Position numbers and translations under genes: made by a program | Notes under the pieces: model-generated | The model's database searches: none | Told to the model about the DNA's origin: nothing | What the model saw: only the letters and a program-made list of their open reading frames with translations | Origin: Pseudomonadota bacterium | GTDB lineage: Bacteria > Bdellovibrionota_B > Oligoflexia > Oligoflexales > CAIYRB01 | Direction: 5' to 3' | NCBI GenBank assembly: GCA_031416315.1 | Contig: JANOTL010000035.1 | Coordinates: 25,579 to 89,578, forward strand | DNA length: 64,000 nt | Shown: positions 43,253-52,660 of the stretch, piece by piece | How the letters are laid out: each line of letters opens with the position of its first letter | Position numbering within the stretch: the first letter of the stretch is position 1

Positions 43253-46051
43253 ATGAAGAGCCTTCGTTCGCGTTCCATCTTGGTGGCTTTCCTGACTCTG
43301 GTCGCGTTGTACTTCGCCGCGCCTTCGGTCATCTATCTCACGCTCCCCGCCGAAGTGCGGAACGACCACGAGCAGCTGGCGAAACGGATCCCAAGCTTCC
43401 TGCCGTCGACGCGCATGAACTTGGGGCTCGACCTCCAAGGGGGCGTGCAGCTGGTCCTCGGCGTTCGCCTCGAGCAGGCGATCGACAACAAGCTCGGCAA
43501 GATGGGCACCGAGGTCATGCGGTGGTCGAAGGACGACAGCATTCCGATCAAGAACGCGTACGTCCCGAAAGACGTATCCCAGCGTTTGCGCATCGAGCTC
43601 GAGCCTTCCGTCAACGTCGACGACTTCAAAGAGAAGTTCCGCACCAAGTTCTCGGACTTGAGCCAAGTGTCGCGGGAAGGCCAGACGATCGACTTCGGCT
43701 TCTCGCCGGACCAAGTGAAGACGATCAAAGCCAGCGCCGTCGAGCAGGCGGAGCGCGTCATCCGCAACCGGGTCGACAAATGGGGCGTCACCGAGCCCCT
43801 GATCTCCCGGCGCGCCGACGGCTCCGTGCTCGTGCAGCTCCCGGGCTTCAAAGATCCGGACAAGGCGAAAGAGCTCCTCGGCCGCACCGCCCAGCTCAAG
43901 TTCAAGATCGTCGACGACGAATTCAAAGGCTTCGACAGCCTAAGCGGCAAGCTTCCTCCGGAAGTCACTTTGGCCAACGACGGCGGCCAGACGGCGCTGA
44001 CCTCGGAGAACAAGCAGCTCATCATCGACGCGACCAAGGGCCTCGTGCCTCCGGACCGTGAGCTCCTCTTTAGCCAGGAAGTCATCGCTGCGGGCAAGAA
44101 GACGCGCTACCAGAGCTACGTCGTGCACGCCGCGACGGAGATGATGGGCGACGACGTCACGGACGCCTTCGTGGCTCAGGACACGTCGAGCTTCGACCAA
44201 CGCCCGGAGGTCTCCCTCAAGTTCTCTTTGACCGGCGCCAAGCGCTTCGAGGAGATCACGGGCCGAAACGTGCAGAAACGCATGGCGATCATCCTCGACG
44301 ACGTCGTCGAGTCCGCCCCGAACATCCAGGGCCGCATCGCCGGCGGTCAAGCGCGCATCACCTTGGGCTCCGGCCGTGACTACCAGAAGGTCGTGGACGA
44401 GGCGACCCAGCTCTCCCTCGTGCTGAAGTCGGGCGCCCTGCCCGCGACCATCGACATTCTCGAGCAAAGGCAGGTCGGCGCCTCGCTCGGACCCGAGCTG
44501 GCGCGCGAAGGCATCATGGGCACCATCCTCGGCGTCGCCTTGGTCTTCGTCTTCATGATCGCCTACTACCGTCGTCCGGGCTTGATCGCCTGCGCGGCGC
44601 TCGTGCTCAACGGTCTCTTTGTCTTTGCCTGCATGGCGATGTTCGGCTTCGCCCTGACCCTTCCCGGTATCGCCGGCTTCGTCTTGGGCCTCGGTATCGC
44701 CGTCGACGCGAACGTCCTGATCAACGAGCGGATCCGACAGGAGCTGCGAGAAGGCAAGGCACCGAAGAAGGCGTTGGAGCTCGGCTTCAGCAAGGTCTTC
44801 TGGACCGTTTTCGACTCGCACGTGACGACGATGATCGGCGCCTTCATCCTCCTCGAGACGAACGCCTCCGGACCGATCCGCGGCTTCGCCGTCTCGCTCC
44901 TCATCGGTCTCGTGGTCTCGCTCTTCACGGCGCTCTACTGCTCGCACCTCTTCTTCGACCTCGTCATGGCGAAGGTCCCGGACCCGAAAAAAGAGCTGGT
45001 GTGGATGGGCGGCGATGGCGCGACGAAGCGCCGGGTCTTCAACATCAACTTCCTGAAGTACGACGTCCGGATCTCCTCGATCGTCGGCGTTTTGGTCGTC
45101 CTCCTTCTCGCGGGCACGGCGGTCCGCGGACTGAACTGGTCCGTCGACTTCGTGGGCGGCCTGGAGACGGAGCTCGCGTTTAAGGACGCCCTCCCGGTCG
45201 ATACGCTCCGCGCGACTTTGGCGAAGGCCGGCGCGCACGAGGCGCACGTCCAGGCGCTCGGCTCGGAGGGGAAGGAATTCCTCGTCCGCTTCGACAAAGA
45301 GTCCTTCGACAAGCTCTCGGGCGGCGAGGTCGCGGTCCCGGCCGGGCAGGACGCGGCCACGACGCAGCACAACGAGGCCGTGGCCAGCGGCGCCAAGGTG
45401 CAAGCCTTTCAGGACCTCATCCGTAAGGATCTCGCGGCGCACGAGCCGCGCATCAGCCGGGTCGACTACGTCGGTCCGCAGATCGGCAAGGAGCTGCGCA
45501 CGCAGGGCTTCATGTCTTTGATCTACGCGATCGTCGGCATCATGGCCTACTTGGCCTTCCGCTTCGACATGCGCTTCGGCTCGGGCGCCGTGCTCAAGCT
45601 GATCCCGGACACCTGCCTCATGCTCGGGTTCTACTTCATCTTCTGGCGCTCCTTCGACCTGACCTCGATCGCGGCCTTGCTCACCGGCATCGGCTACTCG
45701 GTGAACGACACGATCGTCGTCTTCGACCGGATCCGCGAGAACCTCGCGCAGCACCCGCAGCGCACCTTCCGCGACAACATCAACATCTCGTTGAACGAGA
45801 CTTTGACCCGGACGATCAACACCTCGTTCGTGACCTCTTTGTCCCTCGTGGGCATTCTGGTCTTCGGCTCGGGATCGATCTGGAACTTCGCGGCCGCCAT
45901 GTGCTTCGGCATCATGGGCGCGACGTTCACGTCCAACTTCGTCGGCACGAGCTACCTCTTGTGGTTCGACACCCTGCGCTCCAAGTTCCGCGGCATGGCG
46001 ACGGCCGCCGCGAAATCGGCGCAGGCGCCGAAGCCCAGCACGCAGTCCTAA
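43253..46051 (+). CDS. secDF: Fused protein translocase subunit SecDF
   Basis: NLGLDLQGG, IRNRVDKWGVTEP, LKSGALPA, AVDANVLINERIRQE; VDFVGG, VGPQIGKEL, GYSVNDTIVVFDRIRE, TLTRTINTS. Confidence 0.96.
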   Translation: MKSLRSRSILVAFLTLVALYFAAPSVIYLTLPAEVRNDHEQLAKRIPSFLPSTRMNLGLDLQGGVQLVLGVRLEQAIDNKLGKMGTEVMRWSKDDSIPIKNAYVPKDVSQRLRIELEPSVNVDDFKEKFRTKFSDLSQVSREGQTIDFGFSPDQVKTIKASAVEQAERVIRNRVDKWGVTEPLISRRADGSVLVQLPGFKDPDKAKELLGRTAQLKFKIVDDEFKGFDSLSGKLPPEVTLANDGGQTALTSENKQLIIDATKGLVPPDRELLFSQEVIAAGKKTRYQSYVVHAATEMMGDDVTDAFVAQDTSSFDQRPEVSLKFSLTGAKRFEEITGRNVQKRMAIILDDVVESAPNIQGRIAGGQARITLGSGRDYQKVVDEATQLSLVLKSGALPATIDILEQRQVGASLGPELAREGIMGTILGVALVFVFMIAYYRRPGLIACAALVLNGLFVFACMAMFGFALTLPGIAGFVLGLGIAVDANVLINERIRQELREGKAPKKALELGFSKVFWTVFDSHVTTMIGAFILLETNASGPIRGFAVSLLIGLVVSLFTALYCSHLFFDLVMAKVPDPKKELVWMGGDGATKRRVFNINFLKYDVRISSIVGVLVVLLLAGTAVRGLNWSVDFVGGLETELAFKDALPVDTLRATLAKAGAHEAHVQALGSEGKEFLVRFDKESFDKLSGGEVAVPAGQDAATTQHNEAVASGAKVQAFQDLIRKDLAAHEPRISRVDYVGPQIGKELRTQGFMSLIYAIVGIMAYLAFRFDMRFGSGAVLKLIPDTCLMLGFYFIFWRSFDLTSIAALLTGIGYSVNDTIVVFDRIRENLAQHPQRTFRDNINISLNETLTRTINTSFVTSLSLVGILVFGSGSIWNFAAAMCFGIMGATFTSNFVGTSYLLWFDTLRSKFRGMATAAAKSAQAPKPSTQS

Positions 46052-46070
46052 GAAACTGCGAGCGATGAAA

Positions 46071-46108
46071 CGGGCGCAGCGTCTCTCGACGCTGCGCCCG
46101 ATCTTTTC
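46071..46108 (+). terminator. Intrinsic terminator after secDF (between convergent genes)
   Basis: CGGGCGCAGCGTC-TCTC-GACGCTGCGCCCG then ATCTTTTC. Confidence 0.8.
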
Positions 46109-47299
46109 TTACTCGTTGCCGACGGTCTCGGAAGGCTTCACGACCCTCGGCTTGACGCCGGGCTTCAGCGAGACGACGACGGTCTGATATTGCGTCAGGA
46201 AGCGGCCGCCGCTCGTGCGCCCGCCGTGGATCAGAAGATTCTTGCCGGTCCACGTCGCGGAATGCATGTAGCGCGCGGGATACTTCGGATCGAGGGCGAA
46301 GTGGCGCCAGCTCTTCGCCTTGGGATCGTAGACGCCGTGCGTATTGAGCGGCCCGTTCTGGTCCTGGCCGCCGATGATCACCATCTCTTTGCCCGTCCAG
46401 GTCGCCGAGTGCAGCTCGCGCGGGGCCAGCTCCTCTTCCTTCGCGATCGGCGTCCATTTGTCTTTCTTCAGATCGTAGACGCCGCCGTCGTTGTAATACT
46501 TGTCGTCGCTGGCGCGGCCGCCCCAAACGATCAGCTTGATGCCGGTCCATACGGCCGTGTGGCCGAAGCGGGCCTTCGGCGCGCCCTTCGTGCTCATCGG
46601 CGTCCACTTCTTGGCTTTTGGGTCGTAGATGGCGCCGGAGTTCAGCGGGCCGGCGGCGTTGAACCCCCCCCAAACGATCATCTTGTTGGCGCCCCAGCTC
46701 GTGCTCGGGAAGGCGCGGGCCTCAGGCGCGTCGTCGCTCGGCAGCGCCTCCCATTTGTCTTCGACGAGGTCGTAAGCGCCGCCGTCGCCGAGCACGCCTT
46801 CGGCGTTCTCGCCGCCCCAGATCAGCATGCGATCGCCGGTCCAGACGCCGCTATGGCCGGAGCGGGCGCTCGGCGAGCCTTCGGTGGTGACGGCGAACCA
46901 CTGGTCGTCCTCGTTGTCGAACATGTAGCCGGCGTTGGTCCGATCGCCGAAATTACCCTCGACGCCGCCCCATAGGATGAGTTGGATGCCGGTCCAGACG
47001 GCGGTGTGGTGGTAGCGCGTCTCCTGCTTGTGCTTCGGCAGCCGATACCATTTGCCGCTCTCGGGGTAGTAGATGGCGCCGCCGGTCGCGGGTGGCGTCA
47101 TCTTGTCCTCGAGCATGCCGCCCCAGACGAGAACGCCGTCGCCGACCCATTGCGCCGTGTGCAGGCCGCGCGGGGAAGGCTCCATCTTCGCCGTCACGAC
47201 GACCGACTGCAGCTGCGCCTCTTGGCCGAAGCGCTTGCCCAAGCAGCTCGAGACGCAGGGCGTGGTGGCGAGCAGCAGGATGAGCGTCGGACGCATCAT
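46109..47299 (-). CDS. Kelch-repeat beta-propeller lipoprotein
   Basis: Repeated R-x-x-H-T/S-A-x-W-T-G...I-W-G-G...YD...W units; N-terminal lipobox-like VSSC. Confidence 0.9.
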   Translation of the reverse strand: MMRPTLILLLATTPCVSSCLGKRFGQEAQLQSVVVTAKMEPSPRGLHTAQWVGDGVLVWGGMLEDKMTPPATGGAIYYPESGKWYRLPKHKQETRYHHTAVWTGIQLILWGGVEGNFGDRTNAGYMFDNEDDQWFAVTTEGSPSARSGHSGVWTGDRMLIWGGENAEGVLGDGGAYDLVEDKWEALPSDDAPEARAFPSTSWGANKMIVWGGFNAAGPLNSGAIYDPKAKKWTPMSTKGAPKARFGHTAVWTGIKLIVWGGRASDDKYYNDGGVYDLKKDKWTPIAKEEELAPRELHSATWTGKEMVIIGGQDQNGPLNTHGVYDPKAKSWRHFALDPKYPARYMHSATWTGKNLLIHGGRTSGGRFLTQYQTVVVSLKPGVKPRVVKPSETVGNE

Positions 47300-47394
47300 G
47301 GGGGAGCTCCAGGGCGGATGGGGTCCATTCCATGATAGCGCGGCGGCGTTCTTTCGCGGAGTCGGCAGGAATTGCCTCGTGGTACGGTCCTCCT

Positions 47395-48267
47395 ATGAAC
47401 GTCTACGAGGCCAAGACCTACTGCGCCTTCGTGCTCGCCTGCCTAGACGGCGCGCGGGAGGCCGGAAAGAAGGGCGCGGCGCGGCGGCTCGCGCTGGAGC
47501 TGAAGTGCCACTCCACCTACGTCTCGCAAGTCCTGCGCGGCAAGGCCGACCTCAGCCCCGACCAAGCCGTGCGTTTTTGCGCCTACTTCAAGCTCGGCGC
47601 CGAGCAAACGGATTTTTTCCTCGACCTCCTGGCGCGCGACCGAGCGGCGACGAAGGAGACGAAGGCCCACTACCAAAAGCGACTCGACCGGCGCCTGGCT
47701 GAGCTCTCCGACATGAAGAAGCGTTGGGGCATCGCGGAATCGCTCACGGCGGAACAAGAAAGCCGCTACTACGGCAGCTGGATTCCGCAGGCGGTGCACC
47801 TCTATTGCCAACTCCCCGGCCCGCACGACGCGGCGCGCATGGCGACGGCGCTGGCGGTGCCGGAGGAGCGCATAGCGAAGGTGCTGCGCGACCTCGCCGA
47901 GCTCGGCTTCGTCGAAAAAACTAGCGCGGGCTGGGTGAGCCGTCGGGACTCCGTGCATCTCGGCAAGGACTCGGCGCTCATCGGGCGCTACCACGCCAAC
48001 TGGCGCCTGAAGACGATCGCCGACCTGACGGCGCAAGGCGGCGCCTTCGGGACGCATTACTCGGCCGTGGTCTCGATGTCGGCAAAGACGGCGAAGGAGC
48101 TGCAGGAGCTTATCCTGAAACACCTTGAGGCGGCCCGCGACGCCATCATCCCGTCGCCTTCCGAGGGGCTTTACGTGCACAGTCTCGACTTCTATCCCCT
48201 CGTTGCGGCTCCAGAAAGAGTAAAACTCTCCGAATCGGCGAAAAAGAGAGAAGAATCATCTAGATGA
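47395..48267 (+). CDS. TIGR02147 family protein (HTH + DUF4423)
   Basis: LALELKCHSTYVSQVLRGKADLS, YYGSWIPQAVH, HANWR, HYSAVVSMS, SLDFYP. Confidence 0.85.
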   Translation: MNVYEAKTYCAFVLACLDGAREAGKKGAARRLALELKCHSTYVSQVLRGKADLSPDQAVRFCAYFKLGAEQTDFFLDLLARDRAATKETKAHYQKRLDRRLAELSDMKKRWGIAESLTAEQESRYYGSWIPQAVHLYCQLPGPHDAARMATALAVPEERIAKVLRDLAELGFVEKTSAGWVSRRDSVHLGKDSALIGRYHANWRLKTIADLTAQGGAFGTHYSAVVSMSAKTAKELQELILKHLEAARDAIIPSPSEGLYVHSLDFYPLVAAPERVKLSESAKKREESSR

Positions 48268-48322
48268 CGGCCGCCGGGCGCCTTAGTCTTGGATCATCGC
48301 CAGCTCCGCCGGAGGAAAGTCG

Positions 48323-48883
48323 ATGAAGACCGTCGCCCTGATCGCCCCGCTCGCTCTCGCGTCCCTGTTGAATGCTTGCGGCGGCCTGCCGGCGAAACGC
48401 CTCTTCGGCTTCGGCGGCATCTCCAGCGGCGGCGATCGACCGGAAGACGAGAAAAAGCGCCAGGCGGACGCCTCTGCCGGCCCGACGGCGCCGCCTCCCG
48501 AGGCGATGAGCCCGGAAGCCTTGAGCTGCGAAGGCAACGCTGCTGATGTGGGCGCGGGGGCGCGTTTCGTCGTCGACTCGGGAGTCAACGCAAGTGCCAC
48601 GACTTGCGACGTGACCAATCCGCAAGGACGGTTCGACTGCATCGACGCGATCACGTTCGGCGAAGGCGGCGAAGCCCGCATCGACTACGCCGAAGGCGTC
48701 ATGAATGCCGGGGTCGCCTTTGGCGCCCATCAGTTCGGTCAATGCAACGATGTGATCCGACTCGTCATCGACAGCGCGCTCGGCTCGCCCGAGGTGCACG
48801 CGTTCCAGCTCGCGCCCGACGGCCTGAGTCTGGTGCACGTGGCGAGCGGCCGCGTCTTCGCCCGGGAGCGTTCGGCCGAGTAG
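48323..48883 (+). CDS. Lipoprotein, hypothetical
   Basis: RBS GGAGG; lipobox LNAC. Confidence 0.75.
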   Translation: MKTVALIAPLALASLLNACGGLPAKRLFGFGGISSGGDRPEDEKKRQADASAGPTAPPPEAMSPEALSCEGNAADVGAGARFVVDSGVNASATTCDVTNPQGRFDCIDAITFGEGGEARIDYAEGVMNAGVAFGAHQFGQCNDVIRLVIDSALGSPEVHAFQLAPDGLSLVHVASGRVFARERSAE

Positions 48884-48929
48884 CGCCGACGCCGCAGAAA
48901 ATCAGGTCTCTTTTTTCGAGGAGCACGCC

Positions 48930-49475
48930 ATGCAGCGTCGGTTCCGGTATCCCTTCGCGGCCGTTTTGGCCGGCGCGGCCGTGGCCGCCGGCGCTGCCGC
49001 CGCGGCGCGCGAAAGCCGCATCTCCGCCGCCGTCGACGTGAGCTACGGCGCGTTTCAATCGGTAGACTCCGTGAGCGTCGTGAACGAGCTCCACGATCCG
49101 AGTTGGCCGGCCAACAGCTTCCTCGAGCTGGATTTGACCGGCAGCTACGAGGGCAACATCTGCGGCGACGACGAAGTCGCGATCGAGTTGGAGCGCGTCT
49201 TCGACCAGACGGGCGTCGACGAGTTCGCCGTCCATCTTCGCGAGCTCGCGCTCTCCCGTGACCGCCTCGAGCTCGAGCGTCCGAGCTGCGCCGACGTCTC
49301 CCATCCGCGTGATTTCCGCCTGCCGATCCGCCTCGCCATCAGGACGTGGGTCCCGGACTCGTACGAAAGGGTCTGGGCCTACCACTTCCGCAACCCCAGC
49401 GCGGAGCTCGGCACGCTACACGTGCGCTACGACGCGGTGCACGGTTGGCAGACGCGTCTGGAGGAGATGCCATGA
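48930..49475 (+). CDS. Secreted hypothetical protein
   Basis: RBS GAGGAG; Ala-rich signal peptide; ATGA overlap with next gene. Confidence 0.7.
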   Translation: MQRRFRYPFAAVLAGAAVAAGAAAAARESRISAAVDVSYGAFQSVDSVSVVNELHDPSWPANSFLELDLTGSYEGNICGDDEVAIELERVFDQTGVDEFAVHLRELALSRDRLELERPSCADVSHPRDFRLPIRLAIRTWVPDSYERVWAYHFRNPSAELGTLHVRYDAVHGWQTRLEEMP

Positions 49476-51388
49476 ACGCTGGTAAGCAGCTCGCGATCTT
49501 GCTCGCCGCCTCGGCGCTCGTGTCCTCGTGTCGGCAGCTTCAGGCCCCAGAGGTCGTCACCGACTACGACTTCCGGCCGCGCCCGCCGCTCCCTGATCCG
49601 CAGTTCCTGACGGGCGAGATTCTGCCGATCGCGAGCTGTGCCGCTGCCGAGACCTACGTCGAGGATCGCGTCGTCGAGCTGATGAATGCGCAGCTCGACG
49701 AGCGCATCCTTGCGATGAGCACCTACAAGCGAGGGAGGATCCGGGCGCAGGCTAGCACCGTGCCGGCCGAGGACGGCGCTGCGGCGCCGGCGCCAACGGC
49801 GACCCGGACGAACGTTCAGGTTCAGGGCATCGAGGAAGGCGACTTCGTCAAGAATGACGACGCGCACCTCTATCAAATCGTCGGCAAGGATCTGCGCATC
49901 GTGCGGACGTGGCCCGCGGAGGAGATGGCGGAGGTCGCCGTTCTTCCCTTGCGCGGCTTGCCGACCGCGCTCTTTCTGGATGAGGCGACGCGACGGCTGC
50001 TAGTGCTATCTGCCGGCGATGGTGAGCGCTGGAATGAGACGGACGTCGACGTGATCGACGTCGCCGATCCAACCGCGCCGCGTAGCCTTGGCACGCGCAC
50101 ATTTGCCGGGCGGATGGCGAGTGCCCGTCGCGACGGCGCGATCCTACGACTCGTGACGCAGGCCGAGCTACCCATGCCGGAGGGCCTGCAGTACGATCAA
50201 ACCGAGGCGCACTTTTGGTATCTGCCGGAGGCGGTGCGCGTCGCCGGCTTTCAGCGCCTGCGCGAGCCGAACGAAAAATTGATTCGTGCACAGCCCGCGG
50301 AGTTCTGGCTCGGGGCCGCGGTCGTCGCCGCGGGATGCGCCAAAATCTATGCGCCCAGCGTCGCAGCCGGGCTCGGCCGAACGTACGTCCACACCGTGGA
50401 TCTCGCGACTGAGGTCGCCGACGAGCAGATCCTCCTGGCGCGGGTCAACCACGCCTACGCGTCGCACGAAGCGCTCTATCTGACCACCGGTTACATTTGG
50501 TGGGACGCTCTCGCGCGCGAGTCCGACTTCACCTTCATCCACAAGTTCGCGACGAGCGGCGCGCAGACGGGCTACGTCGGCTCGGGCGGCGTGAAAGGCA
50601 CGGTGCTTAACTCGTTCGCCATGGACGAATTCGAAGGCAAGCTCCGCGTGGCCACGACGGTCTCGAGCATGGAGCGCTCGCCGACGGCGCGCGTGTCGGT
50701 GCTGGAGGCGAAGGACGGGGCCTTGGTCACGATCGGCGCGACGCCCGACCTGGTGGAGAACGAGCGGATCTATGCGGCGCGCTTCCACGGCCCAGTCGGT
50801 TACGTCGTAACCTTTCGCAACGTCGATCCCCTGTTCGTGCTCGACCTTTCCGATCCGACGGCGCCGCGCGTCGTCTCCGAGCTGAAGATTCCGGGTTATT
50901 CAAGCTATATCCACCTCTTGGCTGATGGCCGGCTCTTGACGCTCGGCATGGATGCCGACGTGAGCACGGGCCGCGTGCAGGGGATGAAGCTCTCCCTCTT
51001 CGACGTTTCGACCGCGGGCGCGCCGCGGGAGGTCGACGCGCTGAAGCTCAACGGCGATTTCTGGGCAACCTCGGCCGCGGAGTCGGATCACCACGCCTTC
51101 ACTTTCGAGCCGGAAAAAGGCCTGCTCGCGCTGCCTTTCGTCGGCGGCGGCAGCGTCGGCGTGCGCGTCTTCAAGGTGGATCCCGGCTTGGGAATCGAAG
51201 AGATTGGTCTGCTAGACACGGCCGACATCGCCGGTTATGGCAACGTCGCGCGTTCGATTTTCGCCGGCGACTATGTTTATGCGATCGCCTACGGCGGGGT
51301 GCGGAGCGCGCACGTCACGGCGCTGGGCCAACCTTTGGCGACGGCACGCTACCCGGCGCCGCTGCCTTTACCCGGCTTTCGCGAGTGA
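49472..51388 (+). CDS. Secreted beta-propeller domain lipoprotein (Beta_propel family)
   Basis: TNVQVQGIEEGDFVKND, FAMDEFEGKLRVATT, ERIYAARF, YVVTFRNVDPLFVLDLSDP, ELKIPGYSSYIH. Confidence 0.9.
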   Translation: MNAGKQLAILLAASALVSSCRQLQAPEVVTDYDFRPRPPLPDPQFLTGEILPIASCAAAETYVEDRVVELMNAQLDERILAMSTYKRGRIRAQASTVPAEDGAAAPAPTATRTNVQVQGIEEGDFVKNDDAHLYQIVGKDLRIVRTWPAEEMAEVAVLPLRGLPTALFLDEATRRLLVLSAGDGERWNETDVDVIDVADPTAPRSLGTRTFAGRMASARRDGAILRLVTQAELPMPEGLQYDQTEAHFWYLPEAVRVAGFQRLREPNEKLIRAQPAEFWLGAAVVAAGCAKIYAPSVAAGLGRTYVHTVDLATEVADEQILLARVNHAYASHEALYLTTGYIWWDALARESDFTFIHKFATSGAQTGYVGSGGVKGTVLNSFAMDEFEGKLRVATTVSSMERSPTARVSVLEAKDGALVTIGATPDLVENERIYAARFHGPVGYVVTFRNVDPLFVLDLSDPTAPRVVSELKIPGYSSYIHLLADGRLLTLGMDADVSTGRVQGMKLSLFDVSTAGAPREVDALKLNGDFWATSAAESDHHAFTFEPEKGLLALPFVGGGSVGVRVFKVDPGLGIEEIGLLDTADIAGYGNVARSIFAGDYVYAIAYGGVRSAHVTALGQPLATARYPAPLPLPGFRE

Positions 51389-52660
51389 GGCGCGCGGCTC
51401 CTCGAAGAGAAGCATCTCGCCGCCGATGACCTCGGGGATGGCCGCATCCGGCACGACTTCGGCCAAGGCGAGGGCGCCCGTGGGCTGGATCCCTTCGTCG
51501 AGGAGCGCGTCGGAGTAGATGATTCGGTCCTGGTCGCCGCGCGCCGTCCGCAGCGCCTTTCCCATACCCTGCATCTTGCGGGCGCGTACCGGGACGTCGC
51601 CGACGGCGATCACCTTGCGGTTGCTGGCGAGGCCCGAGAGCCCGATCGAGGCGAGGCCCGAGGCGATGCCGATGTCGATGCCGCGCGGTAGGCCCAACTT
51701 CGCCGCGAAGGCCTCCTTCATCTCGAGGAGGCTCCGCGCGAAGGTGATGACCTGCGCACAGAGCTCGGCATCGGGCGGCTCCTTCTCCGTTAGGAAGTAG
51801 ATGAGGAGCTCGTCCGCGATCCAGTCGCTGAAGTAGTTGCCTGTGGGGAAGTGCGTCTCGAGCAGCTCCCGACACGCATCGTAGTATGCCGTGAGCGCTT
51901 CGGCGAGGCGCTCCGGCTTCTCCGTGCGGGAGATCTGCTGATAGCCGCGCCAGTCGCTCGCGAGGCAAACGCACCAGCGCAGTTGCGGTCGCAGCTGGAT
52001 CTCCAGGTCTTCGTGGCGGACCAGGGCCCGGCGCACGAGCTCATGCGGCGCGACTTTGAGCCGCGTGGCCAACTCGTTCTTCGCTGCGCGCGCGGTCCAG
52101 TGCGACAGGAGAAGCTGGAACATGATGGCGAAGACGAAGGTGGCGGCAACGACGCCGAGGAACTTCGAGTGGCGCTCGAGGTCGCTCGAGCAGGCTAGAA
52201 TCGCCAGAAGCATGTTGATGCAGAACGGAAGCCATTGCTGCTTTGGGCGTAGAGGCGAGCCGACCAGGAAAAAGAGGGCGTGGATCATGAAGCAGACGCC
52301 GGGAATCACCGCGCGCGCGGCTGGACCCTCGGTGAAGCCGTCGTGCAGCAGATACGCGAAGTTCGCGTTGACCAGGAACTGCAGGAGCGTGATCCAGTAT
52401 GCGGAGAGGTGCGGCTTGCGTGCGTCGATCTCAAAGAAAGCGAGAGCGAGGGCGATCGTCACGATGCGGAACGTCGTCATGATCCAGAGGTTTTCTGGGC
52501 GCGCAATCACGCGGTCGAGGCCCAGGCCAATCACGCCATAGATGATGAGGAAACCGGCATTGGCCGTGGCGATGAGCTTGCCCGTCTCCGTCTGACGCAT
52601 GTCGATGTAGAGCTTCTCGACCTCGGCGAGCGTGGCAGCTTGGGCTTTGGAGCGGCTCAT
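51368..52660 (-). CDS. Multi-TM protein with divergent class III nucleotide cyclase domain (copy A)
   Basis: About 6 TM helices; CLASDWRGYQ, SDWIADELL, IDIGIASG, VGDVPVRARKMQ. Confidence 0.75.
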   Translation of the reverse strand: MSRSKAQAATLAEVEKLYIDMRQTETGKLIATANAGFLIIYGVIGLGLDRVIARPENLWIMTTFRIVTIALALAFFEIDARKPHLSAYWITLLQFLVNANFAYLLHDGFTEGPAARAVIPGVCFMIHALFFLVGSPLRPKQQWLPFCINMLLAILACSSDLERHSKFLGVVAATFVFAIMFQLLLSHWTARAAKNELATRLKVAPHELVRRALVRHEDLEIQLRPQLRWCVCLASDWRGYQQISRTEKPERLAEALTAYYDACRELLETHFPTGNYFSDWIADELLIYFLTEKEPPDAELCAQVITFARSLLEMKEAFAAKLGLPRGIDIGIASGLASIGLSGLASNRKVIAVGDVPVRARKMQGMGKALRTARGDQDRIIYSDALLDEGIQPTGALALAEVVPDAAIPEVIGGEMLLFEEPRASLAKAG

